Positions 50,169 to 61,515 of a stretch of DNA of 64,000 bases are shown piece after piece; position 1 is the first letter of the stretch; each line of letters opens with the position of its first letter. The notes beneath the pieces are model-generated. The model saw only the letters and a program-made list of their open reading frames with translations. It did no database searches and was not told where the DNA came from. The translations under genes and the position numbers were made by a program. This DNA is from Octopus bimaculoides (taxonomy: Eukaryota): the NCBI RefSeq assembly GCF_001194135.2, contig NC_069005.1, positions 224,993 to 288,992 on the forward strand, written 5' to 3'.

Positions 50169-50702
50169 TTAATCCTTTTCTTACCATATTTCAATTAAAT
50201 TTAGTCTGCATTTCGTTTTTAATCAATTTTGAAAATAATAAAGAATTCAAAGTTATTAAACTTTTCGTGCCAAATTTCTGTTGAAATACACGGCCCTTTG
50301 TTTCAATAAATTTTAAAATATTGAAGAATTTAGTAAAATTCCTTTTTCATTATTAAGACGGTGAACCGGCTGCATCGTGAGCATGCCGGACTAAATTTTT
50401 CGCAGCGTTTCGTCCATCTTTACGTTCTGAGCTCAGATTCTAACAAGGTTGATTTTTGCCTTTCATCCTTTTGAAATTGTTAAAATAAGTACCCGTTGAA
50501 TAGTGAGATTGACATTCGGTTTATCTCCAGCCCTAAAACTGGAGACCTTGTGCCAAAATTTGAAACCATTTTTAAGCTGGTGTTTGAAACATGATTTACC
50601 AAGTAACTTTGATGGAACGTTTTGGTTTTCGATCATTTTTAAAACAGGAAGTGTGTCATAGATACGGGGTGGTGTGAGGCTGGTTAATATCGGAACGGTT
50701 AA
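50169..50702 (+). mobile_element. Non-autonomous DNA transposon (MITE) with TTAA-bounded ends, possibly piggyBac-like, with a duplicated 5' part and a SINE-A inside
   Basis: Left end TTAATCCTTTTCTTACC (repeated as TTAAACTTTTCGTGCC at 50256) and right end ATATCGGAACGGTTAA form an imperfect terminal inverted repeat. A second fragment lies at 15800-15885. Confidence 0.55.
50357..50576 (+). mobile_element. SINE family A nested in the MITE
   Basis: Diverged head and GTTCTGAGCTCAGATTC. Flanked by CATTATTAAG and CATTTTTAAG (TSD-like). Confidence 0.8.
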
Positions 50703-50859
50703 ATCACTCGATTCGTTCTTCAAAGGGAATAACAGACTGGATAATGGAACTCTCTGGATACACTGTTTGAATAACAGATGAGATGATTGCTGTCTGGGGG
50801 TCTTTCATCATAGATAAGGCTAATTACGACTGACCTGGCAACAACAACAAACATTTCAG

Positions 50860-51210
50860 TATTGAAGTATCTCCATTATAATCCGACTTGGAAAACACCC
50901 GACTGGCATAAAATCTTTGCTGAAAGCAAATTGTAATCCCAAATTATAACCAGCGACGCGGATATGGATGAAGAATTTGATGTAATGACTTGCTTGTATG
51001 TGTCTGATGCCGAAACTGGGGCAATTTGTACCAATCATTCAGCCCTATTTCTGTGGAAAATTGGCCACACTGCACAGGATGTCACACACATAATGTACAA
51101 GTATTGGGTTTAAAATCCTTTAGAATAAAGTCGAAGTCACATTCTCTTCAAAGCTTACACATTCTTTTGACATTAAGAACATTCAATCCTCGCTGGTATG
51201 AATAAAGCTT
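50860..51210 (+). mobile_element. Decayed Penelope-like C-terminal (GIY-YIG end) remnant
   Basis: HNVQVLGLKSFR...ILLTLRTFNP, then (frameshift) AGMNK, resembles the PLE ending xxVxGL...WIxxLxTLxPxG(L/M)N. Confidence 0.45.
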
Positions 51211-51907
51211 CGAAAACGAATAAATTTGAAGGATTTCTTTGCTACAACAGTAGAATGTCTGTCATGTCTGCAAGAGCTGTGGGTTTGACTCCCACGGTCA
51301 GCCTTCGACTTTTTATATACCAAAGAATGTTCCAACCTAATATTTACATGCCGTTATTTATGAAATTTGGGATCCAATTATAACAAAGAAATGTGTGTGT
51401 GTGTGTGTGTGTGTGTCTGTGTGTGTGCACCCTCACAATGATACATGCAATCCATAATACTTATGTGAACATCTCAATAATGCCAAAAGTTCCTTGAAAC
51501 TAAAGTAGATCGTTTCTAAAAATGTAAGATTTGCTTGTTAGAATTTTAATTGTGTAATTAATCACTGAGCCAATTAAAATATTCTTAGAACTGAACAATT
51601 CTTAATTTATGCGTTCTTTTCAGGTTTTTAAACTTGAGAGTTGAAAATATTATTTCGAATATTAAAATGAATGATTAAATTAAAATGAAATTACGGTTTA
51701 TAAGTATATAATTGAAGTCAGAAAAGGAGACATCTAGAAATGGAAACTGTATTGACGTTGGTTTACATAATTGTGTGGAGTGTATATGTGGGTATATGAA
51801 TGTGTGTGTGTGTGTGTGTGCGTGCGTTTTAACTGCAAGCAGAAGAAATCAATCGATACATGCAACAATGTTTATCCAATGTATCTGGGCTTTGCATTCT
51901 TCCGATT

Positions 51908-51958
<51 letters not shown>

Positions 51959-51987
51959 NNNNNNNNNNAGAAATCACACACACACAA

Positions 51988-52023
<36 letters not shown>

Positions 52024-52336
52024 TGTTAACGTCATAAGAATTAATTAGCCTTCGAGAGAACGTGGAACAATTTTGTTTTGGTGTAGTGGATCTCGAAGCA
52101 CATCACATAAGGCTATAAACAATAGCATGTAAATAGCATGGGTTGAAAAATCGTTTTGAACTCGAAGCGGTATCTCCGGTAAACATGACAGACGTTCTAC
52201 CATCGAACCAATGCAATTCTTCTCATTTCTCTTTACATTTTAGAAACTTCCTTCTTACATGCTTTTATTTACTGCATTATATGTACCAATTCCGAAAGAA
52301 AGATTATTCTCCCGATAGTTTATAAATTTTTATGTC

Positions 52337-52709
52337 GCGGTTAAGAATAAAGTTTCGGTTTCAGGCCCAGAACGCGGTATCTTGGGATGTCTTCTATAGC
52401 CCAGGGCTGACCTGTGCCTCTTGAATGAATTTGGTAGACGGGAAATATATCAGAACCTCAATTATATTTGTGCGTGTGTGTGCGCGTATGTGTATCTATG
52501 TATGTATGTGTGCATGCCTATGTGTTTGTCTCCCCACCGGTTGACAATCGGTGTTGGTTTGTTTACGACCCAGTAATTTCGCGGTTCGGGGTAAGAAACC
52601 AAGAGAATAAGCATCAGACTTTACAAAAGTTAATTACTGAGGTAAATCCTTCTCGGCGGCGCTCCAGCATGGTCGCAGTTTAATGATTGAAACACGTAAA
52701 AGGATAAGC
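52337..52709 (+). mobile_element. SINE family B, near full length, with an internal (TG)/(TATG) tract
   Basis: TGAATTTGGTAGACGGGAAA...CCACCGGTTGACAATCGGTGTTGGTTTGTTTACG...GGCGGCGCTCCAGCATGGTCGCAGTTTAATGATTGAAACACGTAAAAGG. Confidence 0.82.
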
Positions 52710-53299
52710 GTTTCTATTGTTCTATACCAATGTGTACGTTTTCCTACATTTATTTTACACATTACTACTTCAGCAGATAAGATCCGAATAAAACCGAAAC
52801 AGGTTCAAAGTTGTCTCCCGCCCTTGCCAGAATAATTAAAATTATTAAGCAACGATTAATATTTTCGTTTCCTACTCTTTGTACCATTATTTCCAATTAG
52901 ATTGTCAATAGTGGCCACATTAAATATAATTTTATTAATAAAATTATATTTAGTAATTTAATTCAGTCAGCCTTGTCTCGTCTTCCAAATGGAATAATTA
53001 CAATATTATAGAATGATATTAATTTTTATTTCCTCGCTGCATAATTATCTCTACTTAGTACTGTTTTAATACAACAAGCATTAAATTTGTTAACACTAAC
53101 TTCATTAGAATTTAACCAAAAAATACAATTTTCATTGTTGTTATACACCGATGCGTTCGGACAAGTGTCCACAGATGAATAACACGGAGACGAGGAACGC
53201 CTCAAACAGAGGAATCATAGAAGACAGATGAATAATGTTAGCATACAAAGCATATCAAATAAGAGATATTAGCTATAGTCTGTATCTAATCATACAGAA

Positions 53300-53490
53300 A
53301 TGTTTTATCTTTCAGTGGACTGCAACCATACTGAGGCATCAACACACAGCACTGTTTTAAAAAAGTACTCCGGTCCTTCTTTTATCGGTCACTATTGCTG
53401 AACTGCCAGGGTATGGGGCGTAAACAAACCAACACCGGTTGTCAAGCAGTGGTTGGGGACAAACACAACACAAAGACACATACACATACG
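53300..53490 (-). mobile_element. SINE family B, 3' half, inverted relative to the copy at 52337
   Basis: CGTAAACAAACCAACACCGGTTGTCAAGCAGTGGTTGGGGACAAACAC. Confidence 0.75.
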
Positions 53491-54369
53491 ATAGATATAG
53501 CCATTCCAAAAGATAAACATTTTTGAAATGTGAGGGTTCTTGGAATATCGATGAATTCAGTTGCAGTACTGAGTTCGGAAGTCTAACGTTTCGTACTTCA
53601 GTCTTTCATCAGACAACAGAGCTGCTGTTTTAATCTAATGGTAGAGATACAAATATACACCGACATAAAATATCTTTGAACGAATGCCAGGGTTAAACAA
53701 CAACGGATGTAGAAACAATAATAACACGAATAGAAATATAATAGGATTTTTGATAATGGCGATAACATTTTTTTTTTTTTTGTTATTTAAGGTTTTTGTT
53801 TTGATTTTTAATAGTAAATTTATGAAAATTTGTCGTTTAAAATGGAGCCATGAGCGTTTCCTTACAAGTAATCATTACCATTATTGGATTTTATCAACAT
53901 TGCGAGGTCAAGAGAAAGTCGTCTCATAAATTGCTCTTTAATAATCTGTTGTAATATAATCCGCGTCATACATCTGCTTCTTTCTGTTTCTTCTTTTTTC
54001 CCCGCCTTTTTATTCACGGAACCACATTAACCAATAACATGGCTGCAAAGAGATATTTGTACGATTGCATAGCAGTAAATCTTTATTATTATTATTTAAT
54101 TCTGCCTGGAGATTGCCGCCGGCAGGAGGTAATAATCAGTCAGAGGTTCAATATCAATGGAGGGTCAGATTTTTTATTTAGCTTCACCGCCGCCGCCATT
54201 AGTCGCACTTCCTATCCCGTTCTGGAATGATTTATATAACGAGTCTGCTAGTTCTCGCCGCCTTGCAAATAACCGTTTATACATGTATACATATAAGCAT
54301 ACACACACACACACATATATATATATATACACACATACACACACAGACGAAAGGGAGGACAAAATAGCG

Positions 54370-55262
54370 CCACAAATATGGCCCGCCATCACAACCTAAG
54401 AGATCATGGACACACTGAGGCCTACCGGCAACTGGAAAACTCCAGGAATAGACAATATCCCCAAATTCTGGCTGAAAAACTCATACCCACATAGCAGCAG
54501 CATTTAATAAGCAAGCCAGTATCAACACCAAACTGGATGCTAGAAGAGCAAGCAACTGTACACCCACAAAATTATAGGCTAATAGCATGTCTATCAACAA
54601 TGTACAAAACCCTCACAACAGTCACCTATAACCGGCTAAAAATGCGCCTGTAAAACAACAACGTTTTACCAGAAGAACAAAAGGGGTGCTGGAGAAGGAT
54701 GTATGGCTGTAAGGAGCAACTTCTGGTAAACGAGCCATTATAGAAGACTGTGAGAGGAGAAAGACAAGCCTGAACTTGACTTGGATTGGTTACCAGAAAG
54801 CATTCGACAATGTTCCACACTCGTGGATCCTGGAATCTCTGCTCACAAATAAAGTAGCTCCAACACTGTTAGAATATATCAAACATGCAATGGCAAACTG
54901 GAAAACCAGCATACCACTGAAAAATGAATCAGAAGTCATTAAACCTTTCCATATACCCATAAGAAGAGGGATTTCCCAAGAAAAATCACTGTTAAATTAC
55001 AGAGACTATGGAAAGTGCGGATAAAATGTATCCCAGTAGTTTTAGGTGCATTAGGAACTATCCCTAAAGATTTGAACAGATAAATAGAGGAATCAGGCAT
55101 ACGACCCACTTTAGTACAGCTCCAGAAAATAGTGTTATTAGGGTCAGCTAGGATACTTAGGAGGATTCTTCGCATCTAAAGTTACTTGTTGCAGCCCAAT
55201 GTTAGGAATTTTTCTTTTCTAACAGTCTAATCTGTTTTTGTGTATATGAAAATGATAATAAT
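54370..55262 (+). mobile_element. R4/Dong-like non-LTR retrotransposon, 5'-truncated and internally deleted, ending in (AAT)n
   Basis: RT N-half: GNWKTPGIDNIPKFWLK, NYRLIACLSTMYKTL, LPEEQKGCWRRMYGCKEQLLVN, WIGYQKAFDNVPHSWILESL and IRRGISQ. It joins directly to the C-terminus LQRLWKVRIKCIPVVLGALGTIPK...LQKIVLLGSARILRRIL*. Confidence 0.9.
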
Positions 55263-55457
55263 AATCCTTTCTATTAAAGGCACAAAGCTTGAAATTTGGT
55301 GGGAGACGATTCGTCGATTACATCAACCCCAGTGCGTAACTGGTACTTATTTAATCGACCCCGAAAGGATGAAAGGCAAAGTCGACCTCGGCGGAATTTG
55401 AACTCAGAACGTAGCGACGGGTGAAATACCGCTGAGCATTTCGTCCAGCGTGCTGCC
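55262..55457 (-). mobile_element. SINE family A inserted in the (AAT)n tail of the Dong-like element
   Basis: CCTTTCTATTAAAGGCACAAAGCTTGAAATTT...GAAAGGATGAAAGGCAAAGTCGACCTCGGCGGAATTTGAACTCAGAACG. Confidence 0.93.
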
Positions 55458-55505
<48 letters not shown>

Positions 55506-55506
<1 letters not shown>

Positions 55507-55670
55507 CCTTTCTATTACAGGCACAACGCCTGAAGTTTTGGAGGTGAGTTACGTCGATAATATGTCATTGACCTCGAAAGGATGAAAGACAAGGTTGACC
55601 TGGGCGGTGTTTGAACTTGCAACTTAAAAAGCCGCAAGAAAAACCGCTGAATATTTTCTCCGACTCTGTT
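55506..55670 (-). mobile_element. Second SINE-A in tandem, separated by (AAT)n
   Basis: CCCTTTTCTATTACAGGCACAACGCCTGAAGTTTT...GAAAGGATGAAAGACAAGGTTGACCTGGGCGGTGTTTGAAC. Confidence 0.85.
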
Positions 55671-56310
55671 TCTGCTCGTTTTGTACAACTCATTTAGATT
55701 CCTAAATGGTGACCACATCATCATTTAATCAACAGTTTTTATCTCGTTATCAAATTGCATTCAACTGATTAAGCTGTAACTAGCATCATCATTATCATTA
55801 TTATTATTATTATCATCATTATTATTATCATTATTATTATTATTATCATCATATTTTTTGCTTGTTTTGCTAATTCTTGTTAATGGTTATTGAGATTGTT
55901 TAATGTCTTGTTTGATGCGTTGTTTTATATGGTTTTTAGGTGCTGCTTTTTGTTTGCTGTTGTTTGCTATTTGATTAACTTTGTTGTTGTTTATTATGAT
56001 GATGATGATATTGTTCAGTATTTTTCATATTTTTGTTTTGCTGCTTTGTTGTTGTTGTTGTCAATGCTATTGCATTATTTTGTATTTTTCTTTTAAAATT
56101 CTTTTGAATTTCCTTGGATTTATTATTTTATGTCATCAACTGACAGCAAAACATATTTTATGGATGTGTGAGTGTCTGTGCGCGTCTGTTTGTGTCCGTG
56201 TGTGTGTGTGTCGAAGTGGGTTTCTATATCTGTGTGAGTGAGTGAGTGTACATTCATGTGTATGTGTCGGTCTTGTTTCTGTGTCTCTTTCCGCGTATTT
56301 ATATGACCGT

Positions 56311-56390
<80 letters not shown>

Positions 56391-56654
56391 ATGTATGTGT
56401 AAGTGAGGGTATGTGCAGATTACGAAACCATTGAAGAATTATCCTGGAATCTGGTTGAGAGCGGAGCGGGGTGGGGGGCTTTCCAGAAAGAAGCGGCTTT
56501 GAATGGATTGTACACGGCACATAATGTATGCTTGCTTACACACACACACACACACACAAACCCGCAACTAATATCTATCACCTATACATACATACATATG
56601 TATATATATATATATATACACACGCACGAACATATATACTTTGCTCTGTGCAAC

Positions 56655-57010
56655 TAAGCATCTGACGTGTCAGCGTTCGGGTGTGTTTCCGTTAGTGTCA
56701 TGCATATTGCTTTATTACATATCACTAAGTCTATTAGGTGCTGGGTCTTGCGTCGTTTGGCCGTTACAAGGCCCCCTGGTGTTCAGCAGGAATACTGGTG
56801 TGATGGACAGGGTGGTGGTAATGATCACTGGCCTGACATATGTAAAGGAGGCCACCCTGGGCCTTCTGTTGTTTGAGGTGATCTTGAGTGCTGGTACGTG
56901 TTCCTCAAATTCAATGTCTGATGAAGCCAGGTCGGCCGTCTTACGATGCTGTGTACCATTTCCAAAAATGACTGTTGTTCGGCATCTAATGTCGCACTGT
57001 ATCTACACCG
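56655..57010 (-). mobile_element. LINE fragment at the start of an APE endonuclease (ORF2 N-terminus)
   Basis: TPVFLLNTRGLVTAKRRKTQHLIDLVICNKAICMTLTETHPNADTSDA matches APE domain I/II, xLLNxRGL......xxLTET(H/W)xxxxxxDxE. Confidence 0.7.
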
Positions 57011-57174
57011 TTTTCTCTTAGGAACAGTGCGTGCACCATGTGTATAATATATATGTGTGTATGTGTGTGTGTGTGTGTGTGTGTGTATGTATTATATATA
57101 TGTATATGTGTGTAATATAATATATAAGTATGCATTTATATATATCTATGTGTGTGTGTGTATGTATGTATGTA

Positions 57175-57228
<54 letters not shown>

Positions 57229-58170
57229 TACACACAAATGCACATATATGTATATGTGAGTGTGTGTGTGAAGACAGCTAGATATATATGTATGTAGACA
57301 AGTAGCAATGTATATTGGTATAATTTATAAATATACAATTCATTTTTCAGTGTTGACCATAATTCAACTCGTTATGCAATATCCGTCTGAAATATATTTA
57401 AGATCAATAAGTAATTCTAAGATGCAGACGATAGCGGAATCCATACAGACTATGTAACATTTTATTTTTCTCCCTCTTTCTACTCAATTCATTGTTCCAA
57501 CTTTTATATTCTATAGTTCCGTCTTTGGTAGTTTGCTGGCAAATATTGGTTTCTTGATGCTATTGTATCAGTAATATGTGTGATAAATTCATGCTATTAT
57601 TATTATTAATGTTTTTGTAATGTATTTTTTTTCTTTTTTTTTTGCGACAAAGATAATACAAACAATCATGAAACTATTACAAACTAAGCATTCAAATTAG
57701 TGAAAATGGAACCCATTTAAATGGCACTAAAGAATTAGAAAGATTGATAATACTTTGGGATAACGTTTCATTCATCTTTTATCCGCCACGAAATGAATTA
57801 TGAAAACACACAGGTCATGTTTTGATAAGAGAAGAACAGTAAAGACCAGTAAAATAAAAGTTCAGGTTTCAATCACGTCTTTGCTACCATCCTGGGTCAG
57901 TCACGAGCTTAAATATGTGCCGTCCCCGAAGGTTACTTTTTATTTCTTTATTATTAATTTTTTTTCCGTTTTCTTTGTAATTATTTCTCATGTGTTGGTT
58001 TAATTATAAATCCCTTTCAAAATCGTGGTAGAAACGAAGTCGTGTCCATGCGACAATTTCACGGAAAGCGTAAATATTTTTGTTACATCACCGACACGCT
58101 GGCCAAGAGTGTTTGCCTCAACGGACGAGCGTCGTAACCATCTCTAAAATCATAAATAGACAGACAAACA

Positions 58171-58203
<33 letters not shown>

Positions 58204-58387
58204 CTGGGGACCGTTCAGGCAAGGACACAATACATTTCAATATAGATTTGAACACAAAGCGTTCGACAGTTGTAGAATATATTCTAAATCGATAGTTCAA
58301 GGTCTATCGATCTCCGAAAATTTGAAATGTATATAAAAGAAAACTGATGTGTTAAATATATTGTTTCAATGTTATAGAGTAATACCC

Positions 58388-58449
<62 letters not shown>

Positions 58450-58930
58450 NNNNNNNNNNNNNNNNNNNNNNNNNNNNNNNNNNNNNNNNNNNNNNNNNNN
58501 NNNNNNNNNNNNNNNNNNNNNNNNNNNNNNNNNNNNNNNNNNNNNNNNNNNNNNNNNNNNNNNNNNNNNNNNNNNNNNNNNNNNNNNNNNNNNNNNNNNN
58601 NNNNNNNNNNNNNNNNNNNNNNNNNNNNNNNNNNNNNNNNNNNNNNNNNNNNNNNNNNNNNNNNNNNNNNNNNNNNNNNNNNNNNNNNNNNNNNNNNNNN
58701 NNNNNNNNNNNNNNNNNNNNNNNNNNNNNNNNNNNNNNNNNNNNNNNNNNNNNNNNNNNNNNNNNNNNNNNNNNNNNNNNNNNNNNNNNNNNNNNNNNNN
58801 NNNNNNNNNNNNNNNNNNNNNNNNNNNNNNNNNNNNNNNNNNNNNNNNNNNNNNNNNNNNNNNNNNNNNNNNNNNNNNNNNNNNNNNNNNNNNNNNNNNN
58901 NNNNNNNNNNNNNNNNNNNNNNNNNNNNNN

Positions 58931-59013
<83 letters not shown>

Positions 59014-59475
59014 CGCGCGCTTGAGTAGCTCCCTTCTGAAGTTTTCGTTTTCTTGAAAATGCATTTCTATAAATCCAATGTAATGGTGGGCATGAAGATG
59101 ATAGATAAGGTATAAACAACAATATCAATCACAACAAATACAACAACAACAGCAATTTCAAAACGATAATGGATAAGGGCGAGCGTTTGATATATTTATT
59201 TTAAGCTCCATCAATCCAGTAATCTGATTTACTCCAAATGTAAAGAATTCTAGAATCGAATACGCATTCCCACCTAAAGAGAAAGACCTGTTCATATACG
59301 TACGTAGCCGTAGGTGAAGAGAGAGAGGGAGGAGGAGGAAATTAGTAAGTGTGTGTGTGTGTGTGTGCGTGTGCGTGTGCGCGTGCGCGTGCGCGTGTGC
59401 TTCTGGAAATAATTTTCTACCTTTCCAACCATGGCATTCACTTTACTCTCCTGTATCATCTTGTATGTGCAATAA

Positions 59476-59532
<57 letters not shown>

Positions 59533-60018
59533 NNNNNNNNNNNNNNNNNNNNNNNNNNNNNNNNNNNNNNNNNNNNNNNNNNNNNNNNNNNNNNNNNNNN
59601 NNNNNNNNNNNNNNNNNNNNNNNNNNNNNNNNNNNNNNNNNNNNNNNNNNNNNNNNNNNNNNNNNNNNNNNNNNNNNNNNNNNNNNNNNNNNNNNNNNNN
59701 NNNNNNNNNNNNNNNNNNNNNNNNNNNNNNNNNNNNNNNNNNNNNNNNNNNNNNNNNNNNNNNNNNNNNNNNNNNNNNNNNNNNNNNNNNNNNNNNNNNN
59801 NNNNNNNNNNNNNNNNNNNNNNNNNNNNNNNNNNNNNNNNNNNNNNNNNNNNNNNNNNNNNNNNNNNNNNNNNNNNNNNNNNNNNNNNNNNNNNNNNNNN
59901 NNNNNNNNNNNNNNNNNNNNNNNNNNNNNNNNNNNNNNNNNNNNNNNNNNNNNNNNNNNNNNNNNNNNNNNNNNNNNNNNNNNNNNNNNNNNNNNNNNNN
60001 NNNNNNNNNNNNNNNNNN

Positions 60019-60054
<36 letters not shown>

Positions 60055-61463
60055 TTCTTTTATTCGTTTCTGCCATGTGGCTGCGGTCATGCTGTAGCAC
60101 CACCATGATATTCTATCTTTTCTCACAGCTTTCTTATTCGGCTGATGTCTTGTGGATGGCAGGATTTTGTATATATATATATATATGTTGTCCGAGCAGC
60201 ATGCGTAGATTTTATTACGGGATTATCTCAGTTAGCTTGAGTGATAAAATGTTAAGATCTGTCCTAGTTTGCCGAAAGCCATTAGCAAAGCTCAGTAATC
60301 TAAACTGGATCATAATTACACACAACATGCAGCTTGAAGTTATTATGTCGTCTTTGGTCGTCTTTCTCTTTTGCTCTCCTTTATATAAATCATTGCAATT
60401 TCATCTTCAGTATCATGACACGTAAATATTATGGGTGATCTTTACTTATTTGTGTTCAGCCTGTACTCAACTGTCTACTTGAAGTTCGAAGGTCGAAGTT
60501 CATACATTAATATTATGTCCTGTAAAACTAGTCGTGCGCAATCATTAAACTGTATCTAGCAGTAAGAATCCAGCTCGGGAGTTGCTAGGGGAATATTATA
60601 GTTAACCCTTAATCACCACTACACGCAAGCCTTCTCTGTTTTGGGCTGGTCGTACCTGTCAAGGGCCCCAGTTATGAGTCTAACTGTAAAAGAGTCTCCG
60701 GTGGTTATGACATACAGAACTCATAAGGGGATTCGTGCGCCTCGAGTTCATTCTAGCTTGACTAAGCTTTGCTCGCCTCAATAGGTTTTATTTGCTGTTT
60801 CTATATTATAAGACCGGTTGTTTCTAAGAGGGTTACGAGCAGCGGATTCGATATCTGTAGATGAGGAAGCTTATCCTGACCTTAACGTGTTTATTTAGTC
60901 AGAGCAAAAGCAAGTAATGTGTCACGGATATTCTAATGCCTCCAATCAAATATCAATGTCACATCCGAATATTTGGGAGGAATTTTCATCTTATTTTTCC
61001 TACGTAAGTATTTTTTGGCGTTTCAGAATCATCCGAAACTTGAAAACAAGAAACTCTAGAAACGTCAATTAATGAAAGATTCGATTTCTTATAAAATTCT
61101 TCAATAAAATTCAGCGTTTATAATTGAGAACTCGGTTTCCTCCGTCTCTACCTCCTCCACTCCCTCTTCCTCCTTGGAATACATGTACGTGCGTTTGAGC
61201 TTCGTATGTATACATGCGTGTATGTAAGTATACATACATGTACGTATATGAAGTATATATATATATACATACATACATATGCCTATATATCAATATATAT
61301 AGATATTTATACACACTACATATATAACACACTATGTGTGTGTGTGTGTGTGTGTGTGTGTACCACTTCAATTTTTATTCAGTACCAAACTCACATCACT
61401 ACTTCCAACATTTCTACGAATAATTTTACCAGAAATAATTTTAATTGGCCATCAATGTGTGCT

Positions 61464-61515
<52 letters not shown>

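Noticed and set aside
53960-54400. CpG-richer stretch with GCCGCCAT and GGAAGT motifs, suggesting a promoter
   Set aside because: 54238-54263 is a decayed SINE-A head (AACGAGTCTGCTAGTTCTCGCCGCCTT) and the CCCGCCATC at 54382 lies in the Dong-like ORF. The remaining evidence is too thin.
58391-59010. (AC)n and (GT)n on opposite sides of a gap, suggesting a giant hairpin
   Set aside because: The gap content and contig orientation are unknown, so the structure cannot be supported.
58349-60425. Longest ORFs in the track (200-358 aa), and similar ones at 3858, 10788, 22449 and 30435
   Set aside because: They consist mostly of X residues from N gaps plus flanking microsatellites.
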